A DNA stretch of 62,734 nt, counting the filler, from Collodictyon triciliatum (lineage: Eukaryota): the NCBI GenBank assembly GCA_043381765.1. It is 5 parts of 4 records of this genome, joined end to end, with 100 filler letters (N's around TTAATTAATTAA, not from the genome) between each part and the next. Parts side by side here need not be neighbours in the genome. Positions count along the whole stretch, not along the records: positions 1 to 14,312 come from JBHJMP010001853.1; positions 14,413 to 25,329 come from JBHJMP010001853.1; 3 more parts are not named here. The stretch is one strand, 5' to 3'. A program made the position numbers and the translations under genes. The notes under the pieces were generated by a model. That model made no database searches, was not told where the DNA came from, and worked only from the letters and a program-made list of their open reading frames with translations. Below, one piece after another: positions 6,922-15,437 of the stretch. Each line of letters opens with the position of its first letter. Position 1 is the first letter of the stretch.

Positions 6922-9309
6922 ATGGGTTTTTTCATAACAGAAGAAAAGGAACTACCGGAATTTTCCAGTCAAGACGCAAACAAAGTATTAAAAGTCGATC
7001 CGAGCGGGGTTTATCTACAGTGGCTACAGGAGACAACGACACCGGCTGAGCTTCCAAGTCAAACGGGGAATGCTGGACGTTTGCTGACAACAAATGGCTC
7101 AACTCCGTCGTGGACTAATGGTCCTATAGGATTGGGTACAACTGGGGCTGCTACTCCGATGCTTTGGTTTGGAAGCAATAACAACGGCTTTGCGGAAGGA
7201 TGGAGTGCCGGTGGCGGGGCAACGGGAGTAAGCGAGATTACAAATGGCGCAGTATGTTGTACATTTCAAAATGGGGCTATTAGACTGCCTGGTGGTAATC
7301 CAATAAGAAGCAATGGCAACGCGGCATCTCGGTTTCAGTGTACCAGTGATGTACCAAATATGCAAAATTCTGTGACTACCGGATCTGTTGGAACCGATCG
7401 TATTGTTAATGTGAGTTCAGCCAATTGGGCATCAACTTCATTAGACTTGGTAGCCAGCAATTTAAATGATACACCAGGCTCACTTAATGCTAGCCAGATG
7501 GGTATTGAGATAAAACAAAATCAAATCGTGTTTAATGGAGCTGGGATAACGGCATCAGGCACTACTTTGCCAGCTCGTGTCACACGAATGACTATTGATA
7601 ACACAGAAATAAGTACGAGTTTACCATTGGCTGTAGGCAACTATATGTCTGCGTCAAGTATTATTATAGCCACGACTGGCTTTGTGATGAATCAACCGGG
7701 AACAGAAGCCGCTCAAGCTTACACATTTCGTAATTTTGACACTAGTGATTCCAATCGAAATAATAGTAATAGACAAGGAATATATAGTCCTGCAATTGAA
7801 GCAATAGCTATATCAACAAACTCTGTAAGCAATATATCAGGAAGTACCGCTGGAAGACCCAATGCAGTAGAGCGCTTTAGGGTCGATGACAATTATGTGA
7901 CTGTGACGAATTCATTAAATCTTTCACGAGTAGGGTCAGCAGCTGAACCTAACCTTTTGTTTGGAGACAATACAACAATCCCAGCTACAAGTCGAACTGG
8001 TATCTGGGGCTCGGATGACAATATATTTTTTAGCACGGGAGGAGTTCAGAGATTCAGTATTGGCAATGCAAATGCTGCGATCTCAGGAAATTTAATTATG
8101 GCTACTCCAGCGATGGGTGTCACAGGAGCAAACGGCGGCATTGGTGTCGTGGCAGGTATAGGTGCAACCGCCGGATTGTATTCAACAACAAGTACAAATT
8201 CAGGCATTCGATTTCAAGACACTAATGCCAATGTACGTATTTTAACTAATGGAATGAATGTAATAGATTGCACGCAGGTGTCTGGTGCAGGTATAGTAAG
8301 TATGGAAGAAGCAATTACAATGAAAAAAGCTGTACGTTTTCCTTTTCAGTCTCGAAATCATACTAATATTTCTATAGGTACAACAAGTCCTATGATGATA
8401 CGAGCGTTGATATCTGACAATGTACCAAATACTTTTGATTTACCTTCATTAGGATTGAAATTAACTGGCCAAACCCATATTATTATTCCTTATAAAGATG
8501 CAGCCAGTACAGGCACGTTAGCTATGTGGACTGGTGGCGGAACGGGACACGCAATTCACGTTATGCATAATTCAACAAAAACTGTTGTCACAGGTAGCAG
8601 CACATATCCATTAATAGAGGGTGGGGTATACACTTGTGTGTGGCATTGGTTATCTTCAACTGCAGGCCTACTTCAAGGCATCTGGTATGCATGGATTGAT
8701 GGGCTGGCAGCGACATTAACTGTGCCCGACCCGTTTGTAATTGGTACAAATTTAGATTTTGTTACAGGAGGAAATGCAGCTGCTAGAATACAAGGGATAA
8801 ACTCAGGAGCAAACTCTGAAGTAGGTATGGTTATTAATGGGAGCATGAGAACTAAATTTACAGTAAATGATACCGAAGTTCAAAACTCGCTACGATTGTT
8901 TAAGGCGCGGATTACTGATTGGATAATTCACGACAGCGGCACGCACAAAGTGAGTCGAAATTCTCCTAGTAAAATCATATTAACAAAACAGGGTTCAGGA
9001 AGCTCAAATGCAGTAATTGTTTTTCCGGCAAGTACCGATGCCCCGGATGGACTAGAAATTCAAGTCATGGTTTGGATGTTGTCGGGTAGAAGTGGCTCAG
9101 GGGTTCAGATTGTGCGGTTTGATTCAGCCAGTCCAGCAAATAACGCCTTTGTGCTTGGTTCCAGTGGCACAGGTATCACACTTGGAGGAACAAGTTACAC
9201 CGTAACAGAAGGAACCAATTTTACAGCTACCAATTTCCGTACCACTATAGGACGCTGGATGGTTGATTCAACTCGATTTAACTGTACTCCTGCTTTATCA
9301 TCCGCGTAA
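6922..9309 (+). CDS. Phage tail-fibre-like virion fibre/spike protein (795 aa)
   Basis: G/S/T/N-rich beta protein; LPSQTGNAGRLLTTNGSTPSW and GSAAEPNLLF...TGIW...IFFSTGGVQRFSI resemble phage tail-fibre repeats; directly follows the penton. Confidence 0.7.
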   Translation: MGFFITEEKELPEFSSQDANKVLKVDPSGVYLQWLQETTTPAELPSQTGNAGRLLTTNGSTPSWTNGPIGLGTTGAATPMLWFGSNNNGFAEGWSAGGGATGVSEITNGAVCCTFQNGAIRLPGGNPIRSNGNAASRFQCTSDVPNMQNSVTTGSVGTDRIVNVSSANWASTSLDLVASNLNDTPGSLNASQMGIEIKQNQIVFNGAGITASGTTLPARVTRMTIDNTEISTSLPLAVGNYMSASSIIIATTGFVMNQPGTEAAQAYTFRNFDTSDSNRNNSNRQGIYSPAIEAIAISTNSVSNISGSTAGRPNAVERFRVDDNYVTVTNSLNLSRVGSAAEPNLLFGDNTTIPATSRTGIWGSDDNIFFSTGGVQRFSIGNANAAISGNLIMATPAMGVTGANGGIGVVAGIGATAGLYSTTSTNSGIRFQDTNANVRILTNGMNVIDCTQVSGAGIVSMEEAITMKKAVRFPFQSRNHTNISIGTTSPMMIRALISDNVPNTFDLPSLGLKLTGQTHIIIPYKDAASTGTLAMWTGGGTGHAIHVMHNSTKTVVTGSSTYPLIEGGVYTCVWHWLSSTAGLLQGIWYAWIDGLAATLTVPDPFVIGTNLDFVTGGNAAARIQGINSGANSEVGMVINGSMRTKFTVNDTEVQNSLRLFKARITDWIIHDSGTHKVSRNSPSKIILTKQGSGSSNAVIVFPASTDAPDGLEIQVMVWMLSGRSGSGVQIVRFDSASPANNAFVLGSSGTGITLGGTSYTVTEGTNFTATNFRTTIGRWMVDSTRFNCTPALSSA

Positions 9310-9339
9310 ACAATTTTTATTAATAGTAAGAATTGTTTA
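9307..9339. terminator. Hairpin at convergent 3' ends
   Basis: TAAACAATTTTTATT-AAT-AGTAAGAATTGTTTA: 15-bp stem (2 G:U on the plus strand) running from one stop codon to the other. Confidence 0.7.
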
Positions 9340-12300
9340 GTAGATTGCCTGCGAAAGATTCTTGATAGGTGTGCCAAAGACACGCTCTGTGACAGGCCCG
9401 TAAGATTTGCGGCCAAATGCACCGGAGCTGACAAAGAACTGGGCGTCTCTGGCCGAGCCGAATGCGCGCTTCTGGCCCCCGCCGTGGACGACGTAATTGA
9501 GCCCCTCTCGTCGGATGGTGTAATTTGATTGGCCCGGAATAATGATGGTACCGAGGTCAGAGTTGACGACCCTGCCCAGGTTTTGCTGGGGGAGAAAAGC
9601 GACGTTTCTCAGTTTCTGGTCAGTCGTGTCTCCGTATTTCGGCTTGTACTTGAGAGGCCATGACCCTTCTTTACGGTATATTTTTAATGCGCTTTGTAGG
9701 CCTGGAATGTTGCCTTCAAAAAATAATTCTAGTATGTCCATAAGCGCACTAGTGTCAGGAGTTAAATCGACGTATTCAATATTAAATTCTCTCATGGCTG
9801 CTTCAAAAGTTTGCTTATCTACTATACCATAATCATTAGCTCTTGCTGGATTACCCTGTTCGATATACCTCGATACTTTTCTAGCAAAGCGTGATTGATT
9901 GCCGTATTCACGGTTGTCCGACACTTGAGGACGCATTGGGTTAAATATTGGCTGTTGACTACCGCGTCCATTGCCGCCAGGAGGGCCGCCACCAGGAGGG
10001 CCGCCTGCTCCAGGACCAAACATTGGAACTGCCCCTATAATAGGACTAGCAGTAGCTGCTTGCATTGATTGTCTTCTATTTGCTGCCATATTATTACCAC
10101 CGAAAATATTTCCTCGCACTGCATCACCTGCCGCCTGAAAAATGCCAGCGCCAGCGCCAGCTGCAGCTTGTAAAAAGCCAGCACCAGCATTAAAAACAGC
10201 CCCAGCCATTGCTCGTGCTGCAGCCAAATTTCCAGGAACAACTGGAGACAAAGGTGGCAGACCAGGGGGTGTTGGTTGACGTCGACGCACAGCGGGACTT
10301 TGAAACGGTACCACAGCTGCGGGGCGAGGAGGGCTAGTAGCTAATTGTTGTATTCTAGGGTTTGCTTGCAAGTTTTGAGGTGCATTCGGAGGCAATGCTG
10401 CAAAATCATCAACAAATTGCCAAGGGCCAGGCACCATAAAAGGACTAGGAGGGGGTCCAGGGGTAGCTTGTCTCACAGCAATTTGTCGTTGTGCACTTTG
10501 GGGAGTATCCTCGCGAGGAGCTCTTCCTACTGGTGTCCCCAGCTCATCTGTGGGAACTGCAGGAAACGCAGCGTTATAATAAAAAGTAGCTGTATCAGCA
10601 AGTTGTTCTCCTCGGGCTTTTAAATCGGCTGCAAATCTTCGTAGATCTTCTATTGTTTGAGCTTGTTCAATAACAAGCGGATTTTCAAGATTCAATAATG
10701 CATTTAAATCATTAACCTGTTCTTTAAGATCCTCTATTTCGACATCTTTGGTGTCAGGTGCGTCTTGCAACAAAATTAAATTTTGTACTTGAGTTTCTAA
10801 TTCCCGAATTCTATTCAGTTGTATTTCTGCATTTAATGCTTGTCTCTTAGCTTTATAACTATCCTGAACTCTTCTTAAATTATCTCTTCGCCTGTTTAAT
10901 TCTTCTGTGTTAAAACTAGAACTATGATTAGGTCTTTTTGGTGTTCTTGGTGTCTTTGGTGTCTTTGTTACTGAAGATGCAACTGAAATGTTTGTTGTAT
11001 CAAGTCCGACTCTATAGTTGCCTGGTATAATCTTGTTGAGAGCTGCACGTTGTTCCTCATGTCGGGCACGTTCATTTTGCATTTGCACACCCATGTCCTG
11101 TAATCTCTTTTGATAAATTTCTTTGTCTTGCATCAAGCCAGTTGCCAGTTGAGACGCAGTGTTAACAGTGTCTTGAAGTTCTTGTATATATTGGTTTTGA
11201 TCACTCATTGCATCATTCAATGTATCGATTTGTTCATATGCGTTATCTAAGTTTTTTTGTAAAAGCTCTATGTGTTCTGCTAATTTTTTAATTAATGCAT
11301 CTGCTTCTATTTCTATATTTGTAGGTGTTATATCTTTATCTAGAACCAAATCTTTAGATTTTTCTTTAGTTTTACTATTTTCTATTTTATCTGTTTCATT
11401 TTGTTTTTTTATTTCATTCATTTTAGCACTCATATCAGCTAATTTTTGTGTTATGTTGGTAATACTGACACTCTTGCTAGTATCGGGAACAGCAGTCCTG
11501 TTTGGTGTTTCTTTTGGACTAAATAATTCTCTTGCAGATTGTTTAATTGGTGATGGACTCTTAAAATCAGTTTTACTCGTTGTACCAAATCCAGAACGCT
11601 GAGTAAATGTAGGCGTGCTTTGTGCTATAATTGACCCTGCACTCATATTTGATGCATCAGGATCAAAATCTATCGTAGATTCGTTGAGCATAGACTCTGT
11701 CTGTGCCTGTGTAAATGATCCTGATTGATTCAGCTGTTGTAGGCTTTGATTTAAAAAAGACTGTGCAGGATCTAATATCATACTCTGGGTTGTTTGGTCA
11801 GGGTTAAATGTAGTGTTTGGTGATGCCGCTCCCAGGACTTGAGGACTAAATAATATGTTAGATGAACTCCTTGCCCTAGCAGCATAATTGGATTGATTAA
11901 AATATTGTGAGCGCTCAAATGTAGTAAACAAATTCCGCATGGACTGTGATAAAGCCGCACGAGAAATATGCCCACTTGTTTGTATCATGCTAACAATTGA
12001 CCGTGCAAGTAAATTACTAAAATTCATATTATCAAATTGGTTTAACTTGGCATCCAGTGAATCGTTTGCAATTGCTTCTAAATCTTTTTCTTCACGTTCT
12101 ATTAATTCCTTATAACCTTCATTTAGTTCCACAACTGGGATTAGTGCTAAATCTTCTGCCCTAACAACCTCTGCTCTAGTTTTCATTACTGCTTGACAAT
12201 TTTGTTGAAAATCTCTTACGTTGCGAATGTATTCTTGTAGCTCTGTTGGCAATGACTGATAAAAATTAAAAACACCTTGGTCTGTTGGTTCAGTCGCGTT

Positions 12301-14082
12301 TCGCACCAAAAAATCTCTGATAAATACTTGTAGATCTCTGGCTAATTTATTACCAAATTCAATTAACTCTCCCTGGCTGAGAGCATTTGTAATTTGTCGA
12401 AATAGTTCTTCCTCGTTTATTACTGCTGCTGGTGTTGATAACGCAATTATTGCATCATTAACTTTTTCTTCCCCCTGCTTATCTTGGGCAATTGTTTCGT
12501 CTGTATTTTGTATGTATCTTCTGTGATATTCCTGCAAAATTTCTTTATTTAGTCTAAGTCTTTGCACTTCTTGTCCTTTTCTTAACTTTTCAGCCATTTC
12601 CTCTTCAGCCTGTTTTTTATTTTTAAGAGCTGCCTCTCTTTTGATTCGTTTTTCTTCTTCAATCTTTTTTAATTGTATCTCTCGTGCCGCGTTTCGTGCT
12701 AAAACTCTTTTTTCACGTTCATTTGCCTCTAGTGCTTGTTTATATTCTATTTCAAGTTCAGCAATAAACCTATAATACGCAACATTCCAACATATTAATT
12801 CCAAAATTTCTTCTTCATCATATTCTAATTCTTCGCCAGCAGCAAAGCTATAAAGATATAATCGCACGTCTTCGTCAAATTCATTGTCCATGTAATTCAT
12901 AAACTCAAATTCCTTTTCGTCACCAAAATCTTTTGGAACGTTTTCTTTATAACTAAACCCTCTGTGTTTATACCACTCTTTAAAGCAAAGATTCATACCT
13001 GTGTAAACTTTGGATGCTACTCTCTGACCACGCACATTTTTTTTCTGAAGGTATCCTATTGTCAAATACTCTTTTTTATTTCCAATTTCTGCTCTAACGT
13101 CATCTGATAATCTTTGCCACCTTTCCTTTCCTTTTTGACTTTCCATTGCCTCGTCAAATTGTTCAAAATACGCATTTAGCTGATCCATTGTTGTATCCAA
13201 TTGTCCCTTATCTTCTTCTTCCTGTACTGTCTCAGCATCCTCTACATCTTTCTCTGCTACAAGGTCTTCCAATTCTTGATCTATTAGTGCAGCTTCTTTT
13301 TTTAGTTCTTCATTAATTTGCGATTGTTTTATTCTATTTGCATTTTGCATATCTATTTTACTCATGCCATCTGGAGGGTCCATACTATGTAACACTATAT
13401 ATTCCAACACCACCGTACTCAGACTAGTATCATTTGGATTTTCCTCTAGTAAACGATTTAGCTCCTTTTCTCTATTCAAACCTTCTTTTTGATTATAAAT
13501 TCTACGTCTATCTGGATCAGGAGCTCTATACACCTCATCTTCTATAGCTCTTTCCATTTGTTCATTAGTCATACCAACTGGAGGGTCTGATTTTAATGCC
13601 AATATATATTTCCAACGTGGTATTTCTGGATTGTCTGCTTCTGCCTCATTTAATTGATTTCTATAAAATTCAAGTTCATCATCAGTGTATTTTTTAACTT
13701 CAGGATCATATGGAAATGTGATGTAATATGGTTCTAATAAATCAGCCCTTCCCTGATTTTTTTTAGGGTCCAAAGTATCTATTTCTCTTGGCAGTTTTGA
13801 TTTTACTATATTGTCATACAATTTCTCTAATTGTATAAAGTCATCCATGTCTAATTTTGTTTCTTCACGTCTAGCTCTATAATATAAAACATGAAAATCA
13901 TTTAATGCTTGATTAAAATTTTTACTTGGTTTTTGCAGATAATATAAAATATAATTAAATTTATACCCAATTAATGAATCATTATCAAATAAACTTTCAA
14001 TATTGTTTTCTTTAAAGTGTTGTGTATACCAAGGTATTTTATTTTTTTTCAACTGTTCTATGGTATAATATTTGGAGCTCAT
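9337..14082 (-). CDS. Large coiled-coil/low-complexity viral protein (~1581 aa)
   Basis: Uninterrupted ORF; first ATG (MSSKYY) at 14082, and the upstream extension in the ORF track overlaps the divergent gene; E/K/Q-rich heptads plus S/T/P- and A/G/P-rich tracts. Confidence 0.8.
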   Translation of the reverse strand: MSSKYYTIEQLKKNKIPWYTQHFKENNIESLFDNDSLIGYKFNYILYYLQKPSKNFNQALNDFHVLYYRARREETKLDMDDFIQLEKLYDNIVKSKLPREIDTLDPKKNQGRADLLEPYYITFPYDPEVKKYTDDELEFYRNQLNEAEADNPEIPRWKYILALKSDPPVGMTNEQMERAIEDEVYRAPDPDRRRIYNQKEGLNREKELNRLLEENPNDTSLSTVVLEYIVLHSMDPPDGMSKIDMQNANRIKQSQINEELKKEAALIDQELEDLVAEKDVEDAETVQEEEDKGQLDTTMDQLNAYFEQFDEAMESQKGKERWQRLSDDVRAEIGNKKEYLTIGYLQKKNVRGQRVASKVYTGMNLCFKEWYKHRGFSYKENVPKDFGDEKEFEFMNYMDNEFDEDVRLYLYSFAAGEELEYDEEEILELICWNVAYYRFIAELEIEYKQALEANEREKRVLARNAAREIQLKKIEEEKRIKREAALKNKKQAEEEMAEKLRKGQEVQRLRLNKEILQEYHRRYIQNTDETIAQDKQGEEKVNDAIIALSTPAAVINEEELFRQITNALSQGELIEFGNKLARDLQVFIRDFLVRNATEPTDQGVFNFYQSLPTELQEYIRNVRDFQQNCQAVMKTRAEVVRAEDLALIPVVELNEGYKELIEREEKDLEAIANDSLDAKLNQFDNMNFSNLLARSIVSMIQTSGHISRAALSQSMRNLFTTFERSQYFNQSNYAARARSSSNILFSPQVLGAASPNTTFNPDQTTQSMILDPAQSFLNQSLQQLNQSGSFTQAQTESMLNESTIDFDPDASNMSAGSIIAQSTPTFTQRSGFGTTSKTDFKSPSPIKQSARELFSPKETPNRTAVPDTSKSVSITNITQKLADMSAKMNEIKKQNETDKIENSKTKEKSKDLVLDKDITPTNIEIEADALIKKLAEHIELLQKNLDNAYEQIDTLNDAMSDQNQYIQELQDTVNTASQLATGLMQDKEIYQKRLQDMGVQMQNERARHEEQRAALNKIIPGNYRVGLDTTNISVASSVTKTPKTPRTPKRPNHSSSFNTEELNRRRDNLRRVQDSYKAKRQALNAEIQLNRIRELETQVQNLILLQDAPDTKDVEIEDLKEQVNDLNALLNLENPLVIEQAQTIEDLRRFAADLKARGEQLADTATFYYNAAFPAVPTDELGTPVGRAPREDTPQSAQRQIAVRQATPGPPPSPFMVPGPWQFVDDFAALPPNAPQNLQANPRIQQLATSPPRPAAVVPFQSPAVRRRQPTPPGLPPLSPVVPGNLAAARAMAGAVFNAGAGFLQAAAGAGAGIFQAAGDAVRGNIFGGNNMAANRRQSMQAATASPIIGAVPMFGPGAGGPPGGGPPGGNGRGSQQPIFNPMRPQVSDNREYGNQSRFARKVSRYIEQGNPARANDYGIVDKQTFEAAMREFNIEYVDLTPDTSALMDILELFFEGNIPGLQSALKIYRKEGSWPLKYKPKYGDTTDQKLRNVAFLPQQNLGRVVNSDLGTIIIPGQSNYTIRREGLNYVVHGGGQKRAFGSARDAQFFVSSGAFGRKSYGPVTERVFGTPIKNLSQAIY

Positions 14083-14098
14083 AATATAACTTATATAA

Positions 14099-14115
14099 AA
14101 TTTCTTGGCTAATGT
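14099..14115 (+). promoter_or_regulatory. 17-nt motif before ORF 14116
   Basis: AATTTCTTGGCTAATGT-ATG. Confidence 0.6.
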
Positions 14116-14312
14116 ATGATTGTTGATGTTAGAAAAGCAAGCAGAGGTGTTGGTCGCTTTCTTACCCGGCACACGGACAACGCACTAAACAAACTGCAAC
14201 GATTAGACAAAGCCTACTCGGATTTGAATCGGGCAAGCGGTGGGCTGGTCGAGTTGGGGCTGCAGGGAACAGGAATCAAACCTGCATTCCAGACAATTGC
14301 CAACCCGCTGGT
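14116..14312 (+). CDS. Hypothetical viral protein, truncated by gap
   Basis: ATG preceded by the conserved motif; open to the contig end; basic amphipathic N-terminus. Confidence 0.6.
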
Positions 14313-14412
14313 NNNNNNNNNNNNNNNNNNNNNNNNNNNNNNNNNNNNNNNNNNNNTTAATTAATTAANNNNNNNNNNNNNNNNNNNNNNNNNNNNNNNN
14401 NNNNNNNNNNNN
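14313..14412. other. Artificial 100-bp contig linker (N44-TTAATTAATTAA-N44)
   Basis: Same six-frame-stop linker recurs at 25330-25429, 39670-39769 and 54009-54108. Confidence 0.95.
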
Positions 14413-14414
14413 GG

Positions 14415-14711
14415 ACGAAGCTTGAACGAATTCCAGGATTTGAGCATTATACTCATTACCGTATTTCGACCCATGGCAAAATGTGTGAATCATATACCTG
14501 GAGTAATTTGAAACAAATTAAAAAACGTGCAACTGGTTACAAAGTTGTTACTCTTTATAGTCGGGGCAAAAGTAAAACTTACAACGTGCATGAATTGGTC
14601 GCGTTGGCGTTTGTTGACAACCCAGGCAATTACAAACAAGTTATACACTGCAATGGAATTAAAACAGATAACAACCGTGAAAACCTCCGTTGGGCACCTG
14701 CAACTGACTAG
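14415..14711 (+). CDS. NUMOD4-HNH endonuclease-like protein, 5' end in gap
   Basis: Frame open from the contig start: RIPGFEHY..YRISTHGK (NUMOD4), GYKVVTL, VHELVALAFVDNP, VIHCNGIKTDNNRENLRW (HNH_3). Confidence 0.82.
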   Translation, partial: TKLERIPGFEHYTHYRISTHGKMCESYTWSNLKQIKKRATGYKVVTLYSRGKSKTYNVHELVALAFVDNPGNYKQVIHCNGIKTDNNRENLRWAPATD

Positions 14712-14754
14712 AATAAACTAAAAATCCCATAAATCAATTGAGTATGAAATAAAC

Positions 14755-14796
14755 TGATATTTATTTATTCTAGGTATATAGAATAAATAAATATCA
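14755..14796. terminator. Perfect 18-bp stem hairpin downstream of the HNH gene
   Basis: TGATATTTATTTATTCTA-GGTATA-TAGAATAAATAAATATCA. Confidence 0.7.
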
Positions 14797-15437
14797 ATAA
14801 AATGCGTATTTCAAAGCCAAACTTAATCTGTTACCCTCATAATCAAAACGAGAGCTCATAAATTTATAATCATATGAAAATGACAGTACATTGGTTATCA
14901 ATGGGATACATATTAACTGTGGTGCAACACTCTTAAAAAAACAAAACACTTGTGTGAAATGATATTCTAGGAATCCACGCTTGATAAATCGAGTTATTAA
15001 TCGTACATGAATATATAACTGCCAAATAGCAACTACATCAAAATCAAGGATTTGCAGTAGAGCAGCCGAAAAAAAAACGCAAGCTCTATGGTCTCGGGGA
15101 AAAAATCAGCATTATCTGGAAATTATCTCATATTATGATTTCATTAAAATTCGCTCTAGCATATGATATTTTGGGGCTTTTTTATAGAATAAAAATTGAG
15201 TTTCTGGATTACAGCAGTGATGTCTATAACAGCAAGGCTATATGTATATATCTATTGAATTCAATGTGTATAAAATTATGCATAATTGAGTTTTGTATAA
15301 TTAAAACAAAATGCACGTGAAAGTATCCAGTTTTATTGCCATATTCCTTTTACCGTTTCACGGAACTGCTGGATACAAAAAAATCTGGGGGAATCTCTTT
15401 GTGCGCTTCGAATTTTCAGTTCAGTAAAACATCTTAA

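Larger units (their letters stand above)
1..14312. mobile_element. Polinton-like virus / virophage-like element, partial (both ends unresolved; may extend to ~14800)
   Basis: Intronless, tightly packed ORFs encoding rve integrase, TVpol-SF3 helicase, A32-type ATPase, penton-like protein and fibre; lacks the introns and microsatellites seen in the rest of the window. Confidence 0.88.

Noticed and set aside
14083-14172. N-terminal 30-aa extension of the 1611-aa ORF
   Set aside because: Non-ATG start overlapping the divergent gene and its promoter motif
14357-14368. TTAATTAATTAA palindrome repeated four times
   Set aside because: Always centred in 100-bp N blocks; an artificial six-frame stop linker, so adjacency across it is unreliable
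14929-14939. 11-bp inverted match (ACTCTTAAAAA) to 4693-4703 as a possible terminal inverted repeat
   Set aside because: Short, AT-rich, does not extend and lies across a linker
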